From assembly GCA_964187785.1 (NCBI GenBank), contig OZ076409.1, positions 71,364,001 through 71,428,000 on the forward strand: a DNA stretch of 64,000 nucleotides, in the 5' to 3' direction. Position numbers and translations under genes: made by a program. Positions 23,878-38,444 of this stretch are shown here, one piece after another. The DNA comes from Amphiscolops sp. MND2022 (taxonomy: Eukaryota). Under the pieces are notes generated by a model. It worked only from the letters and a program-made list of their open reading frames with translations. It searched no databases and was not told the DNA's origin. Every line of letters begins with the position of its first letter. Position 1 is the stretch's first letter.

Positions 23878-26668
23878 GTGGCGGGGGGCTGTCCCCAATA
23901 GAATATAGTGAGGTAGGGTAGGGTTCCCTACCGAACATTCAGTACTGAAAGACTCTTGTAGTATGAAAATTTTTCGATGTTTTGAGACCGATTTCGGATT
24001 CCACCCGTCAGAAGTTTATGATTTTTTGGCCCCCACCCAGATTTTGGGCACTGATCGCCCCCCACCAGGTTCCATACCCGTGGTTTCGTTGTGACGGGTA
24101 CACGAGCGACCGTTAGGGGTCAATCAGGGGGTAAAATTTATAAAAGTGTGAATAACTTTTCCCCCCGTCGTTTTAGCAGGTCCGGTCACTAGTAAAGGTT
24201 TGTTGGGCATCATGCAGTGGGTACGGGGGGCCAAACAAAAATTTTCTATCTTGCACCGTTACGGACTTGGCCCCCCGCCCAAACCGCTATTTTACCGGAA
24301 ATTGCACTTTTTGACCGGGAAGGAGTCGTCTGAGCGCGGAGTCATTTGGTAATGTTTTGTAGAGCATCTGGAGACGTGGTGGGGGACATGTAGTTTGCCG
24401 ACCCCAGTTTACCCCTCGGACGGGAAATGACCGTTATGTGAGTTTCAAAAATGCCCCCCTCCAATTTTCCCCGCAATTTCCGGTGTGAAGGAGTCGGAAT
24501 AGCGTGTCGAGTGCTATATATCAAAAGTAGCTTTAAACAAGGACCTATCAGAAACATGTGGTTTGGGACCCTTTGAACGGACCCGTTAGCCGGAAATAGG
24601 GTGACCGCCTCCTTTTTTTGGTGGTAAAACCGTAAAACGGGCATTAAAGTGTAATTATCTCGTGAACGCGTGGAGCAATCGTGTCCATCACTCCTACAAG
24701 GTTTCATACCCATGACATGGTGCCTTCAGGGGGGCAAACAGATCAGCGCTATCTATCACCGTTACGGACTTTGCCCCCCAGCCTAACCGCTATATTACCG
24801 GAAATTGCCCTTTTTGACCGGGAAGGAGTCGTCTGAGAGTGGAGTCGTTAAGTAATGTTTTGTAGAGCATCTAGAGACGTGTTGGGGGACATGAAGTTTG
24901 CCGACCCCGGTTTACCCCTCGGACGGGAAATTACCGTTATGTGAGTTTTAAAATTGACCCCCTTCAACTTTCCCCGTTATTTCCGATGTGAAGGAGTGAG
25001 GGTAGCGCGTCGGGTGTCATATATCAAAAGTAGGTTAAGACAAGGACCAACCGGGAACATGTTGTTTGGGACCCTCTGGCCCAACCCGTTAGCCGTTATA
25101 AGGGTGATCGCCTCCTTTTTTTACTGCTAAAACCGGAAAACGGGCATTGAGGGGTAAATATCTCGTGAACGCGTGGAGCAATCGTGTCCATCACTACTAC
25201 AAGGTTTCATACCCATGATACGGTGCCTTCAGGGGGGAAAACAGATTACCGCTATATATCACCGTTACGGACTTGGCCCCCCAGCCTAACCGCTATGTGA
25301 CCGGAAATGTCATTTTTTGAGCCAAAAGGGTTGGTCCCAGCGTGGGAACGTCAGGTAACTTTATGTAGAACTTAATGAGACGAGTTGGGGGATATAGTTT
25401 TAGTCACCCCCCGTTGACCCGTTGGACCGGAAACGACCGTTATGTAGTGAAAAATGTTATTTTTATACTTTTTGAAGGCCATTTAGGGCAGGAAGTATCG
25501 GTAATATGTCTTTGGACAGTATACAATGAAAGTTTTGGTGTGAAACGAGCAATCTGAAATAACCGTTATTATGATTCGGAAGTCACACTAACAGCGAAAA
25601 TGACCGTTATGTAGTGAAAATTTTTTTCACAGTTTTTTTTATTTTCGATAGGTCCTTCAAGCCAGGAAGTAGCTGTATTAGGTCTTTGGTCACTTTATGA
25701 TGATTGTGGTGTTGTGAGATGACCGTACGAACTTGACCGTTATAATGCCCCTGAAGTTGCGGCGGCACGAGAAATTTCAGAAAGTTTGTCTTTTCTGTGT
25801 TTTGTTGGAATAAACATGTAATTTCATCAAACCAAAGTGCATTCAGGGTGTCAGAAAGCTTCAAGAAAAGAATTTGACAGGAAACATGAGGTGAGAAATA
25901 GGAAAATGCCACGGAAATCCAACCCGTTGGGAAGTAAAGATAATAAATTGGTTTGGAAGTGCCAATCGACGTGTAATTGCGGATCATAGCTACGATATTG
26001 TCTCTTTTGTTTCTTTTCGAAGACTTTGAACATTTTCACTTTATCAGCTTGAAGTTTCGACTCCATTAACTCAATAACCGTTACAATATGATAGCCCTCA
26101 AGTTGACCTTGTGTCAACTTGAAAGGGCTATCCTTTCACAACTGCGCAGCGACAGTGTGATTGAGTGTTTTTGTTATTATCCATAGCCAATTTGAACTTC
26201 AACAAAAGATTAACCATAGTTAAAAAATTTCATATGATTCTTTTAAAAGGATAAGTAAGAAACAAATGTTTGACAAAAAACTTTCAACCTTTAATTTGTG
26301 GACTGAATATCAGGAAAACCATGTCTCCTAACGTTGTTGGATGAAATTCAACATGATTCTTTTAATAGGATAACAAAGTTTGACAACATATTTTTTTATA
26401 TTCTTTCGTTGGTGCTCTACATTTTAGGAAAACGAATTTTCCAACAAATATTGTTGGCTGATGCCTGTTCATAGTGGGTTGAAAATTTCACCAACTGTAA
26501 TGCTTTTTATCAAAGGTGAAACCGCTCCTTACCGTCGCATAATGTAATTCAAGCCGACGCCCACATGCCAACATCAACGCCCACCGTCCGTAGGCATGCC
26601 GAGGCATGCCTTTCGACGACGTATGCCAAATCACGCCCCTGCGAGGTCACTAAAGCGGTAGCGGCTAG
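23878..26668 (+). mobile_element. Cassette 12, family H (2791 bp), G-related with an internal ~500-bp duplication
   Basis: GGAAGGAGTCGTCTGAG at ~24319 and ~24820. Type-2 hairpin at 26090-26132. Confidence 0.85.
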
Positions 26669-28655
26669 GTGGGCGGGGGTAATTCCCCAACAAAAAAATC
26701 GGCCGGCGGGTCGGGTCCTGCCGGCCGTCCAAAATCAAAATCCTCCTAGTAGAAAACGGCATGTCAAACGAGCTATTTTTTTATTTAACCATACGAATTT
26801 CACCATTTTTTGCATGCGGCCCTGAAATGGCCATACGAGACGAAGTTCCTGCTGACGTTTTGCGATGTAAATGTTTTATAAAAAGTTATGGCCGATTTGT
26901 CATTCACCTAGAAGGGTAAAATGAGGAAAATTTTAACAAAGTCGCTGATAACTCAAAATGTGGTAATTTTTGGACTTTGACTGTGAAACAAGCTTGGAAC
27001 CTTCATTTCGTGGCTGGGGCATTGGACTGAACACAAAAGATGTAAAGTTTTTACGTTTTTTGAAAATTCGACATTTTTGAAATTTTTTTCACTACTATCA
27101 GTACCCCATATGTCAAAAACACCTCAGAAAAATATTTTTATTTGCTTTAAATTGGAAACCTTGGTATCCATGGTTTCTGTCGGAACCTACTCGCAGCCAA
27201 ACACCCAACAGTTTGCATCCAATGTGAAAATAAAAATTTTTTCGGGGTCATAAGCGTTTCACAAGGATTTCTCAACTTAGTATTAATTTACAAAATGGTC
27301 ATTTTGAACATAATATTTTCATCGAGGCTTGTCGGCTATAGCCTTAATGTTCTAGAACGGTCCCACTGGCAACGTAGCAACCATTTATAGTAATATAAAA
27401 GGTTAAAAAATTTTTTTCACCCGGTCTTCAGTCATTTTTCAGACATTCGGAACATAACTTAGAAAATTTTCGACCCAAATACCCATTTTTTGTCAGGTCG
27501 AAAATTAAAATTCAGCTATTAAAGCAAAATTATTTACTCTGACGTAACCAGTGGGGCCCATGATACTCAAAAACACCATTGGCACTGGTACCAATGGCTC
27601 CAATAACATATGAGTCGCGATAAGACGTTATTTTGAGCAATACGTCTCAATTGAGGTAAAGATCTCGCAAGCCAGCGATCACTGTGAAATGTAAATTCAT
27701 TAAAAATTTACTCATTTTCGTCAATCACCATGTGCACAGAGTGCGTAGGGTGAGTTCCAGCACTATAATGAGGTTTTTGAAGGCATCGGGTTGCTCAAGG
27801 GGTGGTATGAGACATTTTTTTCCTATATACTACTGTATTTTCCAATATTTTTAGCCCAATATCTGGAAATACAAACTTGACAAAATACTTTCAACTACTT
27901 TATTCAAAGGTTACAATATAGATGAACACTGTGGTTGATCAGAAACTTTCATCTCTTTCGTTTTCCGAAATATTTCCCTTCACATGTGTTATATTTTTAG
28001 CAGAATAAAAAATCGAAACTGAAATATACGCTATTTTGCTAATATAGAATCGCAATGATTGTGCCTAAAAACTCTTTAAACACTTCTAACGCAACCTTAC
28101 GCACCCGAAATGATCGAAAATGCTATTCACAATTGTGACATGTGCTCTTTCTACGATCCTGGCTGGACAAGGTTTGCATATTTTTCAAGTACCTGTCTGC
28201 TGAATCTTGTGATAGCCTTTTAAGTTGGCCTTGTGTCAACTTGGGAAGGCTATCACTTCAAACAACCATCAACAAAAATAATTTTTGTTTATTGGATATT
28301 ACAGTTGATTCCTTTTTTCGTGATTCTATATTACCGTTAGTATATTCCATGAGGTCACCTTACGATTGCATTGAGACTTTGATAAAAACCTATGAACTCA
28401 AAGTCACATTTATATATTTTTTTGCCCAAAAAAATCATCAAAAACATCTATAATATATAAAATAGAGTCTTTAACATTTTTACGTTTCAAGTTTCTGCCG
28501 TTATTAAGCCAATCAACTTCCTACAGCCACGCTCTCTGTCATTCTGTACAACGCCACATAGTGTTGCGACGTGCACGGTCTGTGGGCATGCCGAGGCATG
28601 CCCTTCGACGACGTATGCCGAATACCGCGGGCCTACGCCCGCGCTCCCCGGCTAG
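26669..28655 (+). mobile_element. Cassette 13, family F (1987 bp)
   Basis: Type-2 hairpin at 28209-28256, standard termini. Confidence 0.87.
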
Positions 28656-30638
28656 GTGGGCGGGGGTAATTCCCCAACAAAAATTACGGCCGGCGGGTTG
28701 GGTCCTGCCGGACGTTCAAATAGCGCGAAGCATCTAGTAGAAAACAAGGAGTCCTGAAACAGCGATTTTAAAATTGAACCGTTAGAATTTGGTTTTAGAT
28801 TGCATGCGGCCCTAAAATCCCCATACGAATGGAAGTTCCTGCTGGCGTTAAGCGATTGAAATAATATATAAAAAGTTATGGCCCATTTTTGGGTCACCGA
28901 GAAGGTCAAAATGAAGAAAATTTTAACTAAGTTGCTGATAACTCAAAATGTGTTAATTTTTGGACTTTGACTGTGAAACAAGCTTGGAACCTTCATTTCG
29001 TGGCTGTGGCATTGCACTGAACACAAAAGATGTAAAGTTTTCACATTTTTTGAAAATTCGACATTTTTGAATTTTTTTTCACTACTATCAGTACACTATA
29101 TGTCAAAAACACCTCTGAAAAATTTTTTTATTTGCTTAAATTTAGAAACCTCGGTATCCATGGTTTCCGTCAGTACCTACTCGCTGCCAAACACTCAACA
29201 GTTTGCATCCAATGTGAAAATAAAATTTTTTTCGAAGTCTTAGGTGTTTCACAAGGATTTCTCAACTTAGTATCAATTTACAAATTGGTCATTTTGAACA
29301 CATTATTTTCATCGAAGCGTGTCATATACCGCCCTAATGCTCACGAACGGGCCTACTGGCAACGTTGGAACCATTCATAGTAATAAAAAGTTTTAAAAAA
29401 TTTTTTTCACCCCGTCTTCAGTCATTTTACACACTTTCGGAACTTAACTTAGAAAAATTTCAACCAAAAACCCATTTTTTGTCAAGTCGAAAATTCAAAT
29501 TCAGCTTTTTAAGCAAAATAAACAAATCTGACATAACCAGTGGGGCCCATGAAACTCAAAACCACGATTGAGACTGGTATCAATGGCTCCAATAACCTAT
29601 GAGTCGCGATAAGACGTTATTTTGAGCAAAACATCTCATTTGAGGTAAACATCTCGCAAGCCAGCGATCACTGTGAAATGTGATTTCATCAAAAATTTAC
29701 TCTTTTTTGTCAATCACTATGTGCACAGAATGCGTACGGTGCGTTTCAGCACTATAATGAGGTTTTTGAAGGCATCGAGTTGCTCAAGGGGTGGTATGAG
29801 ACATTTTTGTCCCATATACTACTGTAGTTTCCAAAATTTTTACCCCAAAATCTGGAAATACAAACTTGACAAAATACTTTCAACTACTTTATTCAAAGGT
29901 TACAAGATAGATGAACACTGTGGTTGATAAGAAACTTTCATCTCTTTCGTTTTCGGAAATATTTCCGTTTTCATGTTACATTCATAGCAGAAAAAAAATC
30001 GAAACTGAAAAATACGCTATTTTGCTGATATAGAATCGCAATGATTGTGCCTAAAAACTCTTTAAATACTTCTAACGCAACCTTACGCACCCAAAATGAT
30101 CGAAAATGCTATTCACAATGGTGACATGTGCTCTTTCTACGATCCTGGCTGGACAAGGTTTGCATATTTTTCAAGTACCTGTCAGCTAAATCTTGTGATA
30201 GCCTTTTCAGTTGGCCTTGTGTCAACTTGGGAAGGCTATCACATCAAAAAACCATCAACAAAAATAATTTTTGTTTATTGGATCTTACAGTCGATACTTT
30301 TTTCGTGATTCTATACTACCGTTAGTATATTTCATCAGGTCACCTTACAATTGCATTCAGTCTTTGATAAAAACCTATGAACTCAAAGTCACATTTATAT
30401 ATTTTTTTGCCAGAAAATAACATCAAAAATATCTAAAATATATAAAATAGAGTCTTTAACATTTTTACGTTTCAAGTTTTTGCCGTTATTAGGCCAATCA
30501 ACGTCCTAGAGCCACATCCTGCCACATACTGTACAACGCCACATAGTGTTGCGACGTGCAGTCTGTGGGCATGCCGAGGCATGCCCTTCGACGACGTATG
30601 CCGAATACCGCGGGCCTACGCCCGCGCTCCCCGGCTAG
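28656..30638 (+). mobile_element. Cassette 14, family F (1983 bp)
   Basis: Type-2 hairpin at 30195-30242, standard termini. Confidence 0.87.
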
Positions 30639-33600
30639 GTGGGCGGGGGTAATTCCCCAACAAAAAAATCGGCCGGCGGGTCGGGTCCTGCCGGCCGTCC
30701 AAAATCAAAATTATACTAGTAGAAAACGGCCGGTCAAACGAGCTATTTTTTTATTTAACCGTTAGAATTTGGGTTTAGATTGCATGCGGCCATGAAATGG
30801 CCATACGAATCGAAGTTCCTGCTGACGTTTTGCGATTGAAACACTTTATAAAAAGTTATGGCCAATTTGTCAGTCACCTAGAAGGGCAAAATGAGGAAAA
30901 TTTTAACAAAGTCGCTGATAACTCAAAATGTGTTATTTTTTGGACTTTGACTGTGAAACAAGCTTGGAACCTTCATTTCGTGGCTGTGGCATTGCACTGA
31001 ACGCAAAAGATGTAAAGTTTTTACATTTTTTGAAAATTTGACATTTTTGAAATTTTTTTCACTACTATCAGTACCATATATGTCAAAAACACCTCAGAAA
31101 AAAAATTTTATTTGCTTTAACTTGGAAACCTTGGTATCCATGGTTTCTGTCGGAACCTACTCGCAACCAAACAACCAACAGTTTGCATCCAATGTGAAAA
31201 TAAAAAATTTTTCTGGGTCATAAGCGTTTCACAAGGATTTCTCAACTTAGTATTGATTTACAAAATGGTCATTTTGAACACAATATTTTCATCGAGGCTT
31301 GTCGGCTATAGCCTTAATGTTCTAGAACGGTCCCACTGGCAACGTAGGAACCATTTATAGTAATAGAAAGTTTAAAAAATATATTATCACCCTGTCTTCA
31401 GTCATTTTTCTGTCATTCGGAACTTAACTTAGAAAAATTTCGACCAAAATACCCATTTTTTGACAGATCGAAAATTCAAATTCAACTTTTTAAGCAAAAT
31501 TATTAACTCTGACGTAACCAGTGGGGCTCATGATACTCAAAAACACGATTGGGACTGGTACCAATGGCTCCAATATCATATGAGCCGCGATAAGACGTTA
31601 TTTTGAGCAATACGTCTCAATTGAGGGAAACATCTCGCAAGCCTGTGATCACAGTTAAAAGTGATTTCGTCAAAAATTTACTCTTTTTCGTCAATCACTA
31701 TGTACACAGAGTGCGTAGGGTGAGTTTCAGCACTATAATGCGGTTTTTGAAGGAATCGGTCTGCTCAAGGGGTGGTATGAGACATTTTTTTTGCATGTAG
31801 TACTATATTTCTCAAAACTTTTAGCCCATTATCTCGAAAAGCTCACTTCGCAAATTACTTTCAGTTACTCTATTCGAAGCTTAGAATATATATGAACACT
31901 GTGGTTGATCAGAAACTCTTGACTATTTTGTTTTTGGAAAAAAACTGCCTTGCATGTGTTACATTAGTGGCAGGAAAAATACCAGTAGCTCCAAAAATCA
32001 CAATTTTGGACGGACAGACCTGCAATGATGCAAAGCAAAAACGTTTCAACAACTTCTGGCGCCACTTTTTTTACCCAAGAGGTTCGAAATTACTATTAAC
32101 AATGCTGACATTCGCTATAAATAAGATCGAGGTCAATTTATTAACACTTAGGTTATACATTTATATCTGAGAAACCATTCTTTGTCAGGTCGCAATTTTA
32201 AATTTAGTTTGGGAAGCAATACTTTTCACTCTGAAGCAAACCGTTGGGCCCAAATTACTCAAAAACTACAAAAAGACTGTCACCATATGCCCTAATAGCA
32301 TATGAGATTCGACCGTTCGTTTTTAACACAAAAACTCTCATCCGAAGTAAACATGTTGAAAGCCTTGAATCACCGTGAGAAATGATTTCATCAAAAAATA
32401 TTCCTTTTTCGTCAATCTTTATCTACACAGAACACGTTGTGTCATTTTCAGCCGTGAAATGAGCTTCTACCGTAATATGGGTTGCTCAAGGTGTTGTATA
32501 AGTCAAAAACTTCCTCTTTTCTACTATCTTCTTCAAATATTTCAACCCTTTGTCACAAGAAGTTAATATTCAAAATCTCTTTGAAATGTTTCTTTAGGTT
32601 GGGGTGAAGTGTTAGAACAATAATTATGATCGAAGAATGATAGTATTGGTGTTTGGACCATGTCCGGATGAACAAATTGCAAAATCATGAAAAATTTCTT
32701 ACCATTTTTGGTCATTTTGTCAGTACTAAAAATGTTAGCTGAAAAAGAATTTTTTTGATGGCACCATTGGATTCCTCTCAAAAAGTTAGCTATATGAACT
32801 GTGTAATAACCCCGTATCTTTTCAATTTAAATAATTTTAAAAAGCAAACTTTTTTGACTAAAATCCTAAAAATCATACCATTTCCTAAAAAATTTCAAAT
32901 GCCCCCCATTTGACGTATAAGAATAGCACAGAAAACTATCACATACCGATCGACTCTACTTCCATTGTAAATTACCAGAATTTTGTTTAGAACAATTTTT
33001 GACGGATGCAAAAAAAATTTAAACCCTCCAAAAAAGGGCCAAAATTACACGAAAAAATTGACCTTAAAATTTTAAAATGTCGAAAAATCATCAAAACCAC
33101 AGCTTCTTGGGGTTCTATCAACTCCACGTGGTCCACAGAGTATGTTAAAACAAGTTTTACCCGTATTTGAGCAATATGTGAAAAAGCCGACTTTTTTGGG
33201 AATGAAAAACATACCATTTCCTAAAAAATTTCAAACGCACCCCATTTGACGTATAAGAATAGCACAGAAAACTATCACATACCGATCGACTCTACTTCCA
33301 TTGTAGGTTACCAGAATCTTGTTTAGAACAATTGTTGACGGATGCAAAAAAAATTAAACCCTCCAAAAATGGGCCAAAATTACACGAAAAAATTGACCTT
33401 AAATTTTTAAAATGTCAAAAAATCATCAAAACCACAGCTTCTTGGGGTTCTATCAACTCCACGTGGTCCACAGAGTATGCTAAAACAGGTTTTACCTGTT
33501 TCTGAGCTATATGTGAAAAAACCGACATTTTGGGGAAGAAAAACATACCATTTCCTAAAAAATTTCAAATGCACGCCATTTGCCGTATGAGAATAGCACA

Positions 33601-35399
33601 GAAAACTATCACATACCGATCAACTCTACTTCTATTGTAGATTATCAGATTCTTGTTTAGAACAAATTTTTATGGATATAAAAAATTTTTAAACCCTCCA
33701 AAAATGAGCCAAAATAACACGAAAAAATGGACCCTAAATTTTTAAAATGTCAAAAAATTATCCAAACCACAGCTTCTTGGGGTTCTATCAGCTCCACGTG
33801 GTCCACAGAGTATGCTAAAACAGGTTTTGCCCGTTTTTGAGCAGTATATGAAAAAGCCGACATTTTTGGGGAAGAAAAACATACCATTTCCTAAATAATT
33901 TCAAATGCAGGCAATTTGCCGTATGAGAGTAGCACAGAAAACTATCACACACCGATCAACTCTACTTCTTTTGTAGATTATCAGAATTATGTTTAGAGTA
34001 AAGTTTTATGGATATGAAAAATTTTTATACCCTCCAAAAATGGGCCAAAATGACACGAAAAAATTGACCTCAAATTTTTAAAATGTCAAAAAATTATCCA
34101 AACCACAGCGTCTTGGCGTTCTATCAACTCCAAATGACCTTCAGAGTATACCAAACCAGGTATTGCCAATCTTTTGAGCAATATTTAAAAACACCGACAA
34201 TTTGGCAAGAACACCATAATATGTTCCATATAAGAAGTGAATCATTCCACATATATACCCGGTCTAATATTTTCAAATTAGCGATAACATTTATACATGA
34301 TGGTTTTTGAAAGTGAGCTTCATAAGAGGTTGAGATGTAATAATACGTAAATGGACCCTAAGTTTCATTGAAATCTCAATTGAATACGTCCAATCAACTT
34401 CAATCCTAACTATTATATATCAAAAAACACTTGAGTACATTCCATCTCCCCATCGGGGGAGATGAGAATGTACTTTTCAAAAGCCAAAAACTTCGAATTT
34501 TAAATCTTTTGTAACATTGTATGTAACTGTTGAAACGATGAACGAATAAAAATGCTTCTAGTACCTTCATCAATTTTTGCTTCAGCTCCTATTTCTGCAG
34601 AACAAAACCAAAAGACACACTTACAGCAGTTAAGTTCGATTGTATAACTCAGTGAATAAAGGTATGACTGAGGAAGTTCACAAGTTGTTTCAAAAGTTTC
34701 CGGCCTTCCAAAATCATGAAACGTCCACACAACCAAGATAGCAAGTGAAAGAATGCTGAATGCACCTTATTAGATGAGATAAATAATGTGTGGAACTTGC
34801 CATTATCTCAAGATGACGTTGATTTATGATCTTTTCAGGATAGTTCGATATGTGACCACAATAGTGGAAAACTTATTACTATTTGAAGAACACCGTGGAA
34901 AGCGTTCAGAAAGGACAGTATATTTGTTTCGAGCATGCATGCGTGTGTTCCTTTGGTGACGTTAGCTTAGTGTACATGACGGAGGTATTCGAGAGATTAT
35001 GATAGAGTTTACTCACAAGTCTTTGTTTTTTTAAACTTTCTATGCCGTTGAGTACATTCGTAAGGTACATCCATCCCCTTCTCTGGGAATGTACGTTTGC
35101 CAAATGACTGTCATCCAAAATTCGTAATCCGGACGAGTTTAACTACATAAACATGTGATGAGCGTTTTCAATTCACAACCGAATAACATTTTTTTCTCGA
35201 AAATGATGATGGTTTTGATTTTGATGTCTTCTACTTTTATCATCATGCAAACGACCTTACCATGTCTCTCTTCTGTCGTCATTTGTACAACGCCACATAG
35301 CGTTCCGACGCCCACCGTCTGTGGGCATGCCGAGGCATGCCCTTCGACGACGTATGCCAAATGAGCCATACCCGCACTCTGGAGTGCGGTAGCAGCTAG
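30639..35399 (+). mobile_element. Cassette 15, family I (4761 bp), F-type head with a different 3' body
   Basis: F-like for about 1.1 kb. Type-1 hairpin at 34433-34474. Paralogue of cassette 22. Confidence 0.85.
32874..34210. repeat. Internal ~335-bp tandem repeat, four copies
   Basis: CATACCATTTCCTAAA at 32874, 33210, 33544 and 33880. Confidence 0.9.
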
Positions 35400-37374
35400 G
35401 TGCGGGGGGGTAACCCCTACAAAGATATTGGAGGATTCGGGTAGGGTCCTGAATCCGATCTTAGTACCGTCAGCTATCAGTAGAAAATTTCCCTCAAAAA
35501 CCGGGATCTCGGGAACTAACCGTAGGATTTGAAAGTTGGAGCGGCCCCCACCAGATTTTCCCGAATAGATCGCCCCCCACCGGGCTCCATACCCCGGAAA
35601 ATTTTTTTTTGGCCACACGGGCGACTGTTAGGGGGTCATTTTAGGGGTAAAATTCATATTGGTCCATATAACTTTTTTTCTGTTGGTTTAAAAGTTTGGG
35701 AACCCTACTAAAGGTTTTTCGACCATGTTGCAAGGGCTCCGGAGGTGCAAACCAAATTTTTCTATCTTGAAGCTATCTCCAAGTACCCCCCCGCTCAAAC
35801 CGTTATTTTTCCGGAAACGCAGGTTTTTGACCCGGAAGGAGTCGTCTGAGCGCGGGGTCGTTAGGTGATGTTTTGGGGACGGCCTTGAGACAAAGTGGGG
35901 GACAAGTAGTTTGCCAACCTCAATTTACCCCCCGGACGGGAAATGACCGTTATATGAGCGTGAAAAATGCCCCCCTCCACGTTTTACCGCTATTTCCGGT
36001 GTGAAGGTGTGGGAGTAGCGCGTCGGGTGCCATATATCAAAAGTAGGTTTAGACAAGGATCTATCAAAAACATGTAGTTTGGGACCCCCTGACCCAACCC
36101 GTTAGCGGGAAATGGGGCTTCCGCCTCCTTTTTTTTCGGTTAAAAACGGAAAATGGGCATTGAGGGGTAAATATCTCGTGAACGCGTGGAGCTACGGTGT
36201 CCTTCACTACTACAAGGTTTCATACCCATGATATGGTGCCTTCAGGGGGGCAAACAGATTTCCGCTATCTATCACCGTTACGGACTTGGCCCCCCAGCCT
36301 AACCGCTATGTGACCGGAAATGTCACTTTTTGAGCCCAAAGGGTCGGTCCCAGCCAGGGAACGTTAGATAACTTTTTGTAGTACTCATTGAGACGAGTTG
36401 GGGGACACAGTTTCAGTCACCCCCCGTTACCCCTTGTGACCGGAAATGACCGTTATGTGGGTAAAATTGGGATTTTTGTACTTTTTGAAGGGCAATTAGG
36501 TGCGGAAGGAGTGGTAATAGGTGCTTGGACACTATATGAGGTAAGGGAGGACGTGAGGCGAGCATTCAGACATAACCGTTATGTTGACCCCAAAGTCCCC
36601 CTGGTACCGTAAACGACCGGAAATTGTCAAATTTTGTGTCTATTGGGTACAAATGTTTGGTATTTTGTAAATAAAAGTATCTATTAGGTGTTTCGACGGT
36701 CTGCAGTAGTGAACATAGTCATGAAACCTTGTCGGGGGTAACGGTATATAGCACCGGAAGTCCAAACCGTTAGAGATGGGATAGGTTTTTTCGTTTTAAA
36801 ATGTCTTTCGGCGTACTTTTGTCAACTAATATGGAATATTTTTTAAAATTAAAGTTTTTCCATATAGTTTCAGAGACTCCCAAACCTCAACCAACATAAC
36901 CGTTACCTTATGATAGCCTTTCAAGTTGGCCTGGTGTCAACTTGGAAGGGCTATCCTTCAAAAATCGTTGATCAAATGTGTTTTTGGGTATGTTTGAATC
37001 ATTTTAGAATCAATTAGAGCTTCAAGAAAAATTTGCCAACGACAAAAACTATGTCGTGATGATTCCGTTATTAGAGTAATAGTTAACAAAATGTTGATAA
37101 AGTTGATTTTTTACATTTCAAATGTGTCCTAAAAGCCAGAAAACCTCTTTACCAAACAAATGGTATTGATTGGATTTTATATAACAGGTAATAAAAGTTC
37201 AAATTGATTATTACGTTTTATTATGTAAGCTGAAACGTCATATTATAGTTTAATGAACGTCAACGCCACATACTTTACACCAACGCCCACCGTCTGTGGG
37301 CATGCCGAGGCATGCCCTTCGACGACGTATACCAAATACATTTCATATCTACACCCACCCGCGGTAGCAGCTAG
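35400..37374 (+). mobile_element. Cassette 16, family G (1975 bp)
   Basis: Starts GTGC. Type-2 hairpin at 36912-36955. Confidence 0.85.
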
Positions 37375-38444
37375 GTGGTCAAGGGGGATGCCCATCAGAA
37401 AATATTGCGAGGCCGGGGAGGGTCCCGAGAGCCGAGCACATTCTATCAATTCCTACCTTCAGGATTGCGAAGTATTTTAACCGATCTCGAAATTCACCCG
37501 TAGGATTTGTCTGAAACTTTGCATGTGGCTTTATGACAAAAATTTAAGAACTTTTTTCTGCTGACGTTTTTCCAGGAAAATTCATTTTGTAGGGTTTTTT
37601 TGCGTTTTTTTGGTTTTTTTCATCTTTTTTCATCTTTGATTAATCAATGACCGAATCAAAGGCCATTTTCACCATGAAGGAAAGCCCGTAGCGGCAAAGT
37701 GCACTTTTATGAAAATCATCAACGGTCAACGGTCTTTCGAACGGTCCGAAAAAATTTCCCCCCGGGGGAAACCAAAGTGCCGAAAAGTGCCAAAATTATT
37801 TTTTTGACTGAATCACTTTGATCAAATTGATGATTTGAGCAGCCGGAACGGTCCGCACGGTCTCGGACAATAAGGTCAAAAATTGTCAGCATCCAATGGG
37901 GGTTCCAAAAAAGTAATTTGTTCACCTGTAGGAGACATTTGAAAAAAGTTGATTTTTTGGAGTTTTGGCATTATGACTGATCGGATGACAAATCATTGCA
38001 TCACGTTGAGTTGCATTTGATGCAGCACACGAAGCAGCTGCAGCGAACTTGAAACTGCTTAGGGGGTTGGGGTTTACTATCTGTAACAAGCAAAATATCC
38101 CTTGGGCAAAAGGTATGCCAAAAAGTGCCTCAAAGTGTTAATTAAGTAGTTGCAAATCGGCTAGCAAAATTCATTGTCACCGGTGTTCCGTGAGTTGCGC
38201 AGCATCTCGCGGGAACAACGGTGCTTGTTTCGAACGCAAAACCCAACATACCTCTTTGGTGACGTGACGGAGGTCACCATTGGCCTTTTTCGGCAGTGTG
38301 ATGATATTTTTATTGTTGAGTTGTGAACAACATACACAAAAGATTTAGCGTGGGATATTTGTTTGTGTCATACTTCAGTAACAAACTTTCAACCGTTTTG
38401 TTTAGGCCTCTACCTAGCAGTGCTCTAAATCGCTCCATCGCTAG
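37375..38444 (+). mobile_element. Cassette 17, family J (1070 bp), alternative 3' end
   Basis: Ends GTGCTCTAAATCGCTCCATCGCTAG. Type-3 hairpin at 38184-38217. Confidence 0.85.
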
